From IMG/VR virus record IMGVR_UViG_3300008108_000039, positions 64,001 through 128,000 of that record: DNA of 64,000 nucleotides. The stretch is one strand, 5' to 3'. Of this stretch, positions 9,135-19,469 are shown one piece after another; position 1 is the stretch's first letter; each line of letters starts with the position of its first letter. Source of the DNA: a virus. The notes beneath the pieces were generated by a model. That model searched no databases, was not told the DNA's origin, and saw only the letters and a program-made list of their open reading frames with translations. The translations under genes were made by a program, and so were the position numbers.

Positions 9135-10442
9135 CTAATCCTTACTAAGTTCAAAAAACTTTTGTTGAAGATAATCTCTATCATCTGTTGTTACATTACT
9201 AAAACTATTAATAGGTTTAGAATCATCTTCATCATCGTCATCTAATGGATTTTCATTTATTTCTATCTTTCCAGTTGAAGTATCTATTCTAGATCCAAAT
9301 GTTAATCCATCGGGACCATATCTATTTCCCATAATATGCCAATTGCCAGTTCCATTAATTCTATCTTTTCTTCCTCTAGCTAGAGATATAAGTATATCTG
9401 CTATCATAATTTTATCATAGGAACCAGCAGCGTGTTTACCTTCTAAAATAGCTTCACCAGCACCAGTTCTATTTGCTTGTGATGGAGATACAAGCGGCAC
9501 ACCTTTTTCTGCTGCTAATGCTTTAGCTTGAATGTAAACATCATCAATTTCATCTTTGGTCCCTTTTTTACTTTTAGATCGAACATAATCTAAATAATCA
9601 ATAATAATTAGATCAGGTTTAAAATCATGTTGAGTTTCTAATTGTTGAATATGAGCTTCTATTGTATCAAATGATGCTCTTTTAGGTGGATAAGCTTTAA
9701 TAATAACTTTACCTTTTACTTTAGTAACAATTTCTGATACTTTATCTCTATGTTTTTCTAATTGATCAACAGGTATCCCAGTAAATATAGCATCGTATCC
9801 AGCAAAAGCTCCCATTGCAGCTACGGCCCATGATTTACCACCTTTAGGATTACCAAATATTAATACTAAATCACCTTTACCGTATCCACCTTGTGTTAAA
9901 TTATTAAATGTTTTCCAAGGAAATGGTATTGGGTTTCTATCATCTTCTCTATAGCGTGATTCTATATCTTTATCATATTCGTGACCTATATTCTTATCTT
10001 CACCTGCTTTAAGTGCATTATTAATTAATGTTCTAATACTATCATAATCTCCCATATTAAGCAAATCGACTGATGTCATAATTGCTTTTTTCATTTGTTG
10101 ATTTTTACAGAAATTAGTAAATTCTGCTTCTACCCATTCTAGATCTTTTGATTGGGATTCTTTATATGCTTCTCTTAATCCTTCAGTAATAGCTATTTTT
10201 AATACTTCATTATCCATTTTTTTAACTTCTGTAGCTAATACTTCTATGGTAGGTACAGTATGATATTTTTGAAAATATTCTTGTATTTTACCTATAATCC
10301 ATTGATTCGATTGATTTTCAAAATATTCTTTTTCTAATGAATCTGATACATTTATTAAGAAATTCTTTTGTGTTAATAATGCACCAATAACTTTAATTTG
10401 AAATTGAGGTCCGTATTGTACTAATTTTGCTAGGGTTGTCAT
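9135..10442 (-). CDS. DnaB/gp41-like replicative helicase with an apparent in-frame deletion
   Basis: Walker A GNPKGGKS, IIIDYLD, SQ.NR, K.M.AD, NRYGPDG. Confidence 0.85.
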   Translation of the reverse strand: MTTLAKLVQYGPQFQIKVIGALLTQKNFLINVSDSLEKEYFENQSNQWIIGKIQEYFQKYHTVPTIEVLATEVKKMDNEVLKIAITEGLREAYKESQSKDLEWVEAEFTNFCKNQQMKKAIMTSVDLLNMGDYDSIRTLINNALKAGEDKNIGHEYDKDIESRYREDDRNPIPFPWKTFNNLTQGGYGKGDLVLIFGNPKGGKSWAVAAMGAFAGYDAIFTGIPVDQLEKHRDKVSEIVTKVKGKVIIKAYPPKRASFDTIEAHIQQLETQHDFKPDLIIIDYLDYVRSKSKKGTKDEIDDVYIQAKALAAEKGVPLVSPSQANRTGAGEAILEGKHAAGSYDKIMIADILISLARGRKDRINGTGNWHIMGNRYGPDGLTFGSRIDTSTGKIEINENPLDDDDEDDSKPINSFSNVTTDDRDYLQQKFFELSKD

Positions 10443-10456
10443 AACTTTTTTTAAAT

Positions 10457-11482
10457 TTACTTAAAAGAATTGAGATATCCAAAAACTTCATTTAACCATG
10501 ACTCTACATTAGATATTGATTCTCCTAATTTATCATTAACATATAACTGATGAAATAAGTATTTATTTAATTCATATGAATTAGTGAATAATTCTTTTAC
10601 TAGTTGTTTATTTTCAGGTGAAATAAAATCACCTTTTAACGACATTAGTTGTTTATTAATTTCTAATTGATGTCTTCGTTCTACAACTGATAAAAATAAT
10701 TTATTATCATTAATTCGTTCTGAAGATTTTTCTATGATACTTTCTAAAGGAACATAATAATTACCTGTTAATTCTGGGAATAGTTTTATTAATTTTTTAG
10801 GACCTAAACCAGTAATACCAGGTACATTATCAGATACATCACCTAATAATATTTTATAATTAATATAGTTGGAACTACTAACCCCATGTTCAGTTAATAC
10901 ATCTTTTGGTTTGTATATTTTCTTTTTAGTAGGAGAATATACTACTGTTTTGTCTGATACTAATTGTAAAAAATCCTGATCAGCAGACATTATAGTTATA
11001 TTTTTAGTATTACTATGTTTTTCAAAAAGTAATGCTAAATACCCTATAATATCATCTGCTTCTAATCCATCAACACTGATAATACTTACTGGAAGACATT
11101 TTAGGTACAAAATCAAACGTTCCATTTGATTATTTATACTTTCAGCTTCTTCATCTTTAGATTGAAACATAGTCTTGTTAACAACACGACTAGTGCTGCG
11201 ATTTGCTTTATATTCAGGATATAAATTTCTCCTTGCATTCGAACCTCCTATTCCATCAAATACAATAATTACTTTAGTTGGATTAGTCATCTTGATAGCA
11301 TAACCTATTGATTTTAAAAAACCAGTTAAACCCCCGATGTGAGCACCATCGGGGTTAACATGGTTTATCATAGTGAAATTTCTTAAGAATGCATTTAATC
11401 CATCTATTATTAATATTGATTCTAATTGAGAACGAGTATCAGGTTGAATACTTGAAATTAATTCAAAGTATTTATTCTTCAT
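10457..11482 (-). CDS. 5'-3' exonuclease / RNase H (FEN family)
   Basis: IIDG.N, VFDG, YPEYKANR, EADD, SAD.D, GD.SDNVPG..G.GPK. Confidence 0.92.
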   Translation of the reverse strand: MKNKYFELISSIQPDTRSQLESILIIDGLNAFLRNFTMINHVNPDGAHIGGLTGFLKSIGYAIKMTNPTKVIIVFDGIGGSNARRNLYPEYKANRSTSRVVNKTMFQSKDEEAESINNQMERLILYLKCLPVSIISVDGLEADDIIGYLALLFEKHSNTKNITIMSADQDFLQLVSDKTVVYSPTKKKIYKPKDVLTEHGVSSSNYINYKILLGDVSDNVPGITGLGPKKLIKLFPELTGNYYVPLESIIEKSSERINDNKLFLSVVERRHQLEINKQLMSLKGDFISPENKQLVKELFTNSYELNKYLFHQLYVNDKLGESISNVESWLNEVFGYLNSFK

Positions 11483-12569
11483 TGTCTACATCTATTATAG
11501 GAGATATTTTACTGCTTTCCTCCCATTCACTATTATCTTCTATTTGTATTAAATCAGCAACATCTACTTGTTCACTAAACCACTCATGAGCATATTGTTT
11601 TTTATACTCTTTAATAGCTTCAGGAGTGTCAGGCATGAAGCCATGAGGTGTTACAATTACTGTTGATGTAGTTGCTATACCATAATCAGCATGAATTTTA
11701 TCAATAGCAATTTTAGTACGTTTAGCAAATTCTACTTTCTTACCTTTATGTTGTACACTAATTTTGGAAGTACCGCTATTAGTTATATTACCAAATGTAG
11801 CAACAATTGTAGCATCCCAATACATTGCATTACCACCTTTATTTGTCATTTTAGGTTGAGACATAGGTGTTAAAGCTGGTTGTACACCTGTTTTATTAAT
11901 TACAAACAATGTATTAGTGTAAGGGTATTTTTCTTTACGTGATAATGGAAACTGTTGATTGATAAAATTACCAAACTGAGTAGCCATTGCTCCGGCATTC
12001 CACATTGGATTATTACTACCCTGTTTAACACTCATTTCACAAGGAATAGAACCAACTGAATCCCATAAAAATAATAAATCAAATGGAAGTTTTCCTTGAG
12101 CTTGTTCATTTAATATATCAGCAATAAATGCTGCTACATCTTCAATTGTATTTAATGAACCTCTATCAGTATATAAGAAAAATCCTTTATAATCTACTAC
12201 TTCTCCAGTAGCAGTATCGGGTATTGCTTCACATTGAAATCCCATTTTTTGAGCATGTGAAAAATCCCATTTCATCTCTGTAATAATAAAAACAGGTAAT
12301 ATTCCCATTTTTTGGGCTGTAGTAGCCGCTTCGATTAATAGAGTAGTTTTACCTGTATCTGAACCTCCTCTAGCAACAAATACATGTCCCATAGGAACAC
12401 CAGGAACAGAAAGAGCTTCTTTTAATGCATCCGAAAATGGTATCCATCGTTGCTTTTTAAACTTAGATGATTCTCCTAAAAATTTTGATTTTTTAAATTT
12501 ATCAATATCAAAGGATTGTTTTAGCGACTCAGATAATACCTGAGTTAAACTGTCTTTACTTTTAGCCAT
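11472..12569 (-). CDS. RecA/UvsX-like recombinase
   Basis: G.SDTGKTT Walker A, WDSVGS Walker B, KGGNAM. Confidence 0.85.
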   Translation of the reverse strand: MAKSKDSLTQVLSESLKQSFDIDKFKKSKFLGESSKFKKQRWIPFSDALKEALSVPGVPMGHVFVARGGSDTGKTTLLIEAATTAQKMGILPVFIITEMKWDFSHAQKMGFQCEAIPDTATGEVVDYKGFFLYTDRGSLNTIEDVAAFIADILNEQAQGKLPFDLLFLWDSVGSIPCEMSVKQGSNNPMWNAGAMATQFGNFINQQFPLSRKEKYPYTNTLFVINKTGVQPALTPMSQPKMTNKGGNAMYWDATIVATFGNITNSGTSKISVQHKGKKVEFAKRTKIAIDKIHADYGIATTSTVIVTPHGFMPDTPEAIKEYKKQYAHEWFSEQVDVADLIQIEDNSEWEESSKISPIIDVDNEE

Positions 12570-12571
12570 TA

Positions 12572-13387
12572 TTATTCGTTAAATAGTGAGTCAAATTTAT
12601 CTGCAGCGTTTTCTTTAGGTTTGATATCTAAAGAATATGATTGAACAGGTGCATTTATTTCTTTAATAAAATCATCCTCTTCATCTTCATCTTTAGATAC
12701 AATAGGTGCTTCAGTTTCTTCCTCAGGATTTAACCATTTTTGTAATACATCTTTAAGCTGATCGTAAGAATATTTACGATTAATCGCTAAAATATCTGTT
12801 TGTTCTTCTAATGCTTTAGTAACAAAAGCAGCATCTTCAGAAATAGGAGTTGATTTTACTTTAGGACGTAAAGTACATTTAACACCTTTTCTTCCTGCTA
12901 TTACATCATCAATAGCTTCAACTGTAAAGTCTCTACCATCAGTAATGTTTGTAAAATCACCATAATCTTCATCAGCAGCAATACCCATTAACTGGTCATT
13001 TACCAATTTACCTACTTCCCACAAACGAACACCTTGTGATTCTTCTCCACGTACAACTACAGGAATAAAATAACGAACTTTAGGAGAAATTTTGTTTGCT
13101 AATGTCCAATCATCTTTATCAGAAGATTTACGTAATTTTTGGGTAAAATCAACAATTGGATCAGCTTCACCCCAATTAGTAAGAGCTAAAATAGGGCCTT
13201 TAGAAAAACCATAGTGCATTTGAACTTCACGCAATGGCCATTCTTTTCTGAATTTGTTAGGTACAATACGAATTTGGTATTTACCTGCTTTTGGTTTCCA
13301 GAAAATTTTTGAATAATCGATTTTTTCGCGCTTAGCGCCTTTGTTGGCATTGTCTGCCAGTTTTTGTTTGACAAATGATAAATCCAT
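12572..13387 (-). CDS. single-stranded DNA-binding protein (gp32-like)
   Basis: FWKP..G...IR.VP, GRDF, acidic tail ending DKFDSLFNE. Confidence 0.8.
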   Translation of the reverse strand: MDLSFVKQKLADNANKGAKREKIDYSKIFWKPKAGKYQIRIVPNKFRKEWPLREVQMHYGFSKGPILALTNWGEADPIVDFTQKLRKSSDKDDWTLANKISPKVRYFIPVVVRGEESQGVRLWEVGKLVNDQLMGIAADEDYGDFTNITDGRDFTVEAIDDVIAGRKGVKCTLRPKVKSTPISEDAAFVTKALEEQTDILAINRKYSYDQLKDVLQKWLNPEEETEAPIVSKDEDEEDDFIKEINAPVQSYSLDIKPKENAADKFDSLFNE

Positions 13388-13411
13388 AACTTTTGTTTTT
13401 ATGTTTAAAAT

Positions 13412-13443
13412 TAAATATACGATCTTTAAGATGAATAACCAAA
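13412..13443 (-). promoter_or_regulatory. Bacteroidota-type -33/-7 promoter upstream of SSB
   Basis: TTTG-N20-TATATTTA versus the Bacteroides consensus TTTG-N19-21-TAnnTTTG. Confidence 0.6.
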
Positions 13444-13448
13444 AATTC

Positions 13449-13790
13449 TTAAGAAATTACTAAACTGTAATCTCCTGCTCCTTTTAAACGATATGTTGTA
13501 CCAGTAACTGCTGCTGCTGGCGTAAAAGTAAAAGATGATATACCTGGAGGAACAACTACTCCGGCTACGTAAGCATCTCTAACTAGTCCCATAGAGGCCG
13601 ATACGTCATATGTTCCTAAAAAATTAGGAGGTGTAATTCCTGTATAGTATAAATTATTAGGACCTGGTATTGTTTCCATTACAAAAAATGATGATCCACT
13701 AAGATTATTAAATTGAAATAATTTCAACCCAGATAGATCTTCACCTATTGTTCCATTTTCACGAAGCTGATTAGCAGTATAACTTGCCAT
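13449..13790 (-). CDS. hypothetical protein (beta-rich, possibly structural)
   Basis: 113-aa G/S/T-rich ORF. Confidence 0.6.
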   Translation of the reverse strand: MASYTANQLRENGTIGEDLSGLKLFQFNNLSGSSFFVMETIPGPNNLYYTGITPPNFLGTYDVSASMGLVRDAYVAGVVVPPGISSFTFTPAAAVTGTTYRLKGAGDYSLVIS

Positions 13791-14209
13791 TATTTAGATA
13801 AATCTATAATTTTATGAATAGATGTGTCTAGTTTTCTTAGATTAGGACCATCAGTTAATAATATACAATTTTTATATTGATTCCAATCAACTATAAAATT
13901 TTTGTCTAATATACCTTCATTTAATGATTTAATAAGTGTATTTAATGCATTAATTGTATATAAGGTATTTGTTTCTTTTTTACGATGTAATAAAATGGTA
14001 TTAGCCATAGGAATTTCATTAGAATTTCCTGTGTCTATATTATAAGTACACATTAATTCATCGCTTTGTTGTGATTCTAAAATAAATATTTTATTAAATA
14101 GAATTGTATAGCGACGATTAATGGTATTTACTGTTTCTTCCAAATCCAATGGAGTTGTGAATGTACAGAATAATTTGTTCAAATCTAGTTCAATTAATTG
14201 TTCAGTCAT
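13790..14209 (-). CDS. hypothetical protein
   Basis: 139-aa ORF in the replication block. Confidence 0.7.
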   Translation of the reverse strand: MTEQLIELDLNKLFCTFTTPLDLEETVNTINRRYTILFNKIFILESQQSDELMCTYNIDTGNSNEIPMANTILLHRKKETNTLYTINALNTLIKSLNEGILDKNFIVDWNQYKNCILLTDGPNLRKLDTSIHKIIDLSK

Positions 14210-14215
14210 AAATAT

Positions 14216-15526
14216 TTATATTTCTTTTAAACCATGATATGATTTACCACATTTTACAGTTACTGGGTATTTTATTATATTTATAAGTTCTTGTATTATA
14301 TATTTTTCAGTATTGTCCAAATCAAATAAAAAGGCATCATAAGTATATAATACTAATTTAGTTTTTTTATATTTTAAATAATCTAATATTGTTGTAAGTA
14401 TTTGAACATTAGTAGATGTTTCATAACTTTGAACAACATAATTCAATAATTTAGCTTGTGTCATACCTTCTAATTCACTACGTCTAAATGTTCTATTAAC
14501 ACAATTAATCATACCACTATGCTGATAGTCGTCCCATAACGAATCAGTATAACTTACTATATCTTTAAAAAACGGTTTATATTGATACTCTTTCCATACT
14601 CCTCCATATAACTGTTTAAATGTTAATTCTTTTGCTTCTTGTTGTGATACACCTAATATTTCACCTAAATAATCATATGTGTTTCTATCTTTAGGAAAAT
14701 AAAAATCAATCAATTCACCAATTAATCGTGGATGATAACCTTGAATGTCTATCTCTACAAAAGAATCGTATTCTGGTTTATAACACATTCTTTCACCATT
14801 TTCCTTATTTAATGCTGCATAGTTAGTACTATTAAATGTGTTAGATGGGCGAGAGGTTGTAGTATATAAATTATATTGAGTGTATATTTTACTGCGAAAT
14901 AAATTAAATTCAGGATATTGCAACTTATCCCGATAAAAATCAATAAAGCAGTTTTTATCAACCTTTATGCCGTTTTTTTCGATTTGATAGAATACGTTTG
15001 TAGCAATAAAATTTTGAAATTGAAATTGTGTATTATTTGGAGTATACTTTTGAACAATAGGTAGAATAACATTAAATATTGCTTCACTCTCTTCATAATG
15101 TTTGCTAATAGGAATTAGACAATTAACATTAGGTAAATTAGTATGTTTATTATAATAATAATTAATACATTTATTATCTAAAGCATCTGTTAAATCAGCA
15201 AATTCTAATAAATGAACATCATACAATTTATCTGCTAATGAATATACCCAATGTAATGCTTCTTTTTTATCTATTACCCACAAATTATCTGTACTATTTG
15301 ACAACCAATTAGTTAATGTTGTTTTATCAATACCAAATGATTCATTATGATCAACACAAAGTATATATCCTTTTTTTGATTTTTGTGGGTTTAAAGGACG
15401 GATGTAAATTAAGCTTAAATCAGTAAGAGCAGGGTGAAAATTATCATTTTTTGGAATGAATCTAATAAAACAATCTTTAAAATGTAATTGTGATAGTTGA
15501 TCAAATTTTTCGATAATATAAAACAT
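14216..15526 (-). CDS. short family A DNA polymerase-like protein
   Basis: TTTSRPS, motif A EIDIQGYHPRL, motif B AKELTFKQLYG, NY.VQ, motif C LYTYDAFLFD. Confidence 0.8.
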   Translation of the reverse strand: MFYIIEKFDQLSQLHFKDCFIRFIPKNDNFHPALTDLSLIYIRPLNPQKSKKGYILCVDHNESFGIDKTTLTNWLSNSTDNLWVIDKKEALHWVYSLADKLYDVHLLEFADLTDALDNKCINYYYNKHTNLPNVNCLIPISKHYEESEAIFNVILPIVQKYTPNNTQFQFQNFIATNVFYQIEKNGIKVDKNCFIDFYRDKLQYPEFNLFRSKIYTQYNLYTTTSRPSNTFNSTNYAALNKENGERMCYKPEYDSFVEIDIQGYHPRLIGELIDFYFPKDRNTYDYLGEILGVSQQEAKELTFKQLYGGVWKEYQYKPFFKDIVSYTDSLWDDYQHSGMINCVNRTFRRSELEGMTQAKLLNYVVQSYETSTNVQILTTILDYLKYKKTKLVLYTYDAFLFDLDNTEKYIIQELINIIKYPVTVKCGKSYHGLKEI

Positions 15527-15566
15527 ATAGCATAACCTTTAATAATCTAAATATAAAAAAGATTTT

Positions 15567-16034
15567 TTAGCCAAACAACCAAGCTTTTAATCCTGGTAGT
15601 TGTGTGTTAGCTTGGTCTATAGTTTGATCATTTCCTATATATGTAGTTTGATAAAGAGGATTTGTTTTAACATTATCATATGTTTCTTTATCTATTTCTT
15701 TTATCAGAATAGGTTGGACTGTAATTTGTCTACAAAAATATCTTATAGCCGAATCAGCTATAAATTGTTTAGATCTAATTAAAGGTAATTGCAAATTTTG
15801 AGATGATATTCCTGATATGGCGGAATAAGTTGCCGTTGAAGATACATTAAGCAATTTATTTGTTTTATTTTCAGGAATAAGTTCAGGAGCATTTTTATTA
15901 TATTTTTTTCCAGCATAGAAAGAACCATTTAATTCATAATAATATCCTTGATAAGGAGTATTTGTAGAAGCTACTCTATACTCTCCACCTTGAGTATACT
16001 TACCTGTTTGTATTATGTTATTTGGTATTACCAT
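15567..16034 (-). CDS. hypothetical protein
   Basis: 155-aa ORF at the end of the baseplate block. Confidence 0.65.
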   Translation of the reverse strand: MVIPNNIIQTGKYTQGGEYRVASTNTPYQGYYYELNGSFYAGKKYNKNAPELIPENKTNKLLNVSSTATYSAISGISSQNLQLPLIRSKQFIADSAIRYFCRQITVQPILIKEIDKETYDNVKTNPLYQTTYIGNDQTIDQANTQLPGLKAWLFG

Positions 16035-16036
16035 TA

Positions 16037-19000
16037 TTAAGCTCCTTTAGTTGTTACATCAAATGATATATGAAAATGTTTACCTGTTGCATGTTTTGTA
16101 GGAGTATCATATTCATTTAAATATCTAAATTTGGGCTGCATTTTATTAAATTCTTCTAACACACTAACTACTTTTTTAATATTATCGTTTGTTGCAGGAC
16201 TTATTGTAAAATCAATTGCTTTACCTACTTGGTGATTACTAAACTGTTGTAAATTTTGATGAAATACATCATTACCTCCTGTTATTTCTAATTTAATATC
16301 AGGATATCTTTGTTTAATAGTTTCTAATACAGATCCTGCTATTGCTGCAATTCCTTGTTCTATTTCTCCCCCACTATTTAATTGATTTTTTTTAACAGTA
16401 GCAATATTTCTTTCAGTTACATATTTTTCTAAATTACTAGCATTTGGATTATTAAATCCAGGAGAAAGTGTTTCTGTTGCTGGGTTTAAAGCTGCTGAAA
16501 GTATTGTGTTTAAATTTAAGTCTTCAAATTTAATAGCATTATTATCATTTTGTAATACTATATTTAGCGAATCTATTTTTGTAACCCAATCCCCACCAGA
16601 TATAGTGTGGCTAATAGAAGTAATAGCATTACCTAATTGAACACCAACTTTTTCTCCTCTATATCCTTTGGGTAATACATTTTTAGGTAACCTAAACATA
16701 TGACCTATTACTAAACCTCCAATACCATCCATATCAATAGATAATTTAGTTGGTATCAAATTTCTATTACTACCTGGAGATTGTGTAATTGATTGGAAAT
16801 AAGCTATAACATCTCTTAAACTGTTTTTAGCATTTGAAAATAAAGATGAAAAATTGGGTGTATTTTCTTTATTATTAACTGGTGTGTTATAATTAAGGGA
16901 TTCAAATGCTTTTATTATGTTAGCTAAAGAATTTATTGAAGTATTGTTATTATTAACACTAATATTATCATTAATTAATTTTTCTGGTATTATTCTATCC
17001 GTTATATTTTTATTAAAATCAATCATAGTATTAGTTTGCATACCTAATTGACCTCCTTTTACTTGAGCTCCTATTGCAATTATTGAACTTTGTTCAGGAA
17101 ATATTTGTGATTGTAAACTATAAGATCTTACTACTGATTGTAAGTTGTGTACTTGTAATTCAAATAATTTATTATAAATTGCTTTTTCAGGTTCAGTGTA
17201 ATTAATGTCTATTACCCTTGCTATCTTGTTATCAACAGGATCAACATGAATTTCAAAATTATTAATATTACCTATAGATGCTTGTATATCTCTAATTATG
17301 GTTTTAATATAGTTATATAAATTAATTTCATTTTTTTCTTTTTTGTCTTGAGCTTCAAGATTAATATCTATTGCTTTTTGATAAAGATAATCAACATTAA
17401 CATAAATATTTTTTATAATTCCTATTTCACTATACTTATTATTATAAAAATAATCTTGCTGCAGGTTTTTTAAAAATTGTAAATTAGATATCGCTTTTTC
17501 AGCTCCCTGGATAATAACTGTTTGAGATTCATTATTAATTTCAATTGCTGGTTCCAATTCAAATTTTTCGATTTTATTAGGATCTCTTTGTGGGAAAATT
17601 TTTGCATTTATTGAAACTTTATTTAATTCTTCTACTAGTTTATTACCAAGATTAATATCAGCATTTTTTAATTTTTCATTAAGAACTTCTTGTAAATTTT
17701 CATATTCATTTTCTGTTTTAATTAAACCATTAATGAAATTGTATATATTTCTATTTTTTATTTGAGAAAAACCTCTTATAAGAGAAACTCTATCATAGGA
17801 AGCTCCAAAAAATCCACTTTCACCTTTATATCCTTTTTTAATATCATCAAATGCTTTTTTTGCTGCTTCATAATCAGGATTTCCTTCAGTTACTTTTTTT
17901 ACATCAGTAACTATATTTTGTGCTTTATCATACCATAATGGACTTTTAATTAAACATACTCTAGGGTCTACAGATACTTGTAATGGATGGGCAATGCAAT
18001 ATAAATCTTTTTTACCATCACTGTCATATTCAGTTGAATATGCTGACAGCTCTAATAGTGTTTCTCCATTTGGTGAGAAAGCTATAATATATTTATTAAG
18101 TACATCAAACATACATTCTAATGTAATATAAACTTGATCATTACTATTATATGATAAGTTAGTATCCGCATTAGTACCTTTGGCATATGGTAAATAAAGT
18201 GATACTGCTTTATCTTTAAATATAGAATTATTTGTATATGATAAATTACCAGTTTGTTTAGCTTCTCTTATTTTAAAATAAGCTTCAGCCCATATACCTG
18301 CTATTGTATTATATTTTCCATATTTTTCTAACCAGTAAGATGACTGACTTCCAAATCCAGTAAATTCATTATTTAATTTACCATCTTTTGGCTCCTGAAT
18401 AGCAGTTGCTGGTGTGTAATTTATTTTAAGAGATTCAATTAATTCTCCTGTAGATATAATAGTTGTTGTACAATCATATCCTCCATCTGGTCTAGCTGAC
18501 CATTGGTAGTTTTTAATATAACCAAACATTGCATCATAATTACCAGAATAATCTATTGATTTTTTATATAATTCTTGAAATAATATTGTTCTGCTAGTTG
18601 GAGTTTTATTAATAATATCATAATAATCAATAAAATTAGATTGATAATTACCTTTATTATCTATATAAGGTACCCATCCCCATTCTACTAATACTGTATA
18701 ACCAGGGCGCATATATAATACTTCTAAATCTTCTAGTTGTTGAATATCCCAGCATTGAAAATTTACTGTTATTTCTCTTAATGAACCATAAGCTGATTTA
18801 GATTTAATTTCAGCCGACGTTATTCCAGGCATTGGGCGAATACCTCTTTGATATGGGTTATTAGGAGTATTTCCTATATTACTGTAAGCGCTAGTTTGAA
18901 AATCACCTAATCCTGATTTTAATTTTGCATTTTTTAAATTTGTACTTTGAGAATCTACATTTAAAGTACCTCCTTGCAAAACATATTTTTTAGCTAAATC

Positions 19001-19159
19001 ATTTGAATTATTTACATTAACACTAGAAGACATTCTAATCCAAGCGTTGCGTGAATTAATATATTGTAAAGCTTGAGGAGTTCTACCATATATAGCATCT
19101 TGACGACGCTTTAATTGTTCTTTTACGTGTTCAGCAAATGTACTTTTGAATATTGACAT
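16037..19159 (-). CDS. baseplate hub-like protein with C-terminal M15-type Zn peptidase domain
   Basis: Follows the LysM gene; C-terminal ITGGND..H...H..GKAIDF...H.TG.HFHIS; probable start MSIFK. Confidence 0.65.
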   Translation of the reverse strand: MSIFKSTFAEHVKEQLKRRQDAIYGRTPQALQYINSRNAWIRMSSSVNVNNSNDLAKKYVLQGGTLNVDSQSTNLKNAKLKSGLGDFQTSAYSNIGNTPNNPYQRGIRPMPGITSAEIKSKSAYGSLREITVNFQCWDIQQLEDLEVLYMRPGYTVLVEWGWVPYIDNKGNYQSNFIDYYDIINKTPTSRTILFQELYKKSIDYSGNYDAMFGYIKNYQWSARPDGGYDCTTTIISTGELIESLKINYTPATAIQEPKDGKLNNEFTGFGSQSSYWLEKYGKYNTIAGIWAEAYFKIREAKQTGNLSYTNNSIFKDKAVSLYLPYAKGTNADTNLSYNSNDQVYITLECMFDVLNKYIIAFSPNGETLLELSAYSTEYDSDGKKDLYCIAHPLQVSVDPRVCLIKSPLWYDKAQNIVTDVKKVTEGNPDYEAAKKAFDDIKKGYKGESGFFGASYDRVSLIRGFSQIKNRNIYNFINGLIKTENEYENLQEVLNEKLKNADINLGNKLVEELNKVSINAKIFPQRDPNKIEKFELEPAIEINNESQTVIIQGAEKAISNLQFLKNLQQDYFYNNKYSEIGIIKNIYVNVDYLYQKAIDINLEAQDKKEKNEINLYNYIKTIIRDIQASIGNINNFEIHVDPVDNKIARVIDINYTEPEKAIYNKLFELQVHNLQSVVRSYSLQSQIFPEQSSIIAIGAQVKGGQLGMQTNTMIDFNKNITDRIIPEKLINDNISVNNNNTSINSLANIIKAFESLNYNTPVNNKENTPNFSSLFSNAKNSLRDVIAYFQSITQSPGSNRNLIPTKLSIDMDGIGGLVIGHMFRLPKNVLPKGYRGEKVGVQLGNAITSISHTISGGDWVTKIDSLNIVLQNDNNAIKFEDLNLNTILSAALNPATETLSPGFNNPNASNLEKYVTERNIATVKKNQLNSGGEIEQGIAAIAGSVLETIKQRYPDIKLEITGGNDVFHQNLQQFSNHQVGKAIDFTISPATNDNIKKVVSVLEEFNKMQPKFRYLNEYDTPTKHATGKHFHISFDVTTKGA

Positions 19160-19166
19160 ATAACAT

Positions 19167-19469
19167 TTATCTAGCTTTATTAAATTCTTCAAATAAATTT
19201 AAAACAAAATTTAAATCCGTTGGTATTCTTAATTGAGTACCAGGTAATGGGATTAAACCATTTGTAGCATTATTATTTGCCACAGATATTATCCACCATA
19301 ATTTAGGGTCATTATAATAAGAATTTGCTAAAGTATCAAATCTATCTCCTACAGTTGTAATAACATACACATCACTTTCCGATAGTGGTATATTAGGATA
19401 ATACTTTTGTTTATAGTAAGGTTTACCCTGATTTGTTTGTAATGTATTTGGGTTATTATAACGTTCCAT
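19167..19469 (-). CDS. LysM-like baseplate wedge protein (gp53/tail X-like)
   Basis: GDRFD.LA..YY.D..LWWII..AN....G.QLRIP. Confidence 0.8.
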   Translation of the reverse strand: MERYNNPNTLQTNQGKPYYKQKYYPNIPLSESDVYVITTVGDRFDTLANSYYNDPKLWWIISVANNNATNGLIPLPGTQLRIPTDLNFVLNLFEEFNKAR

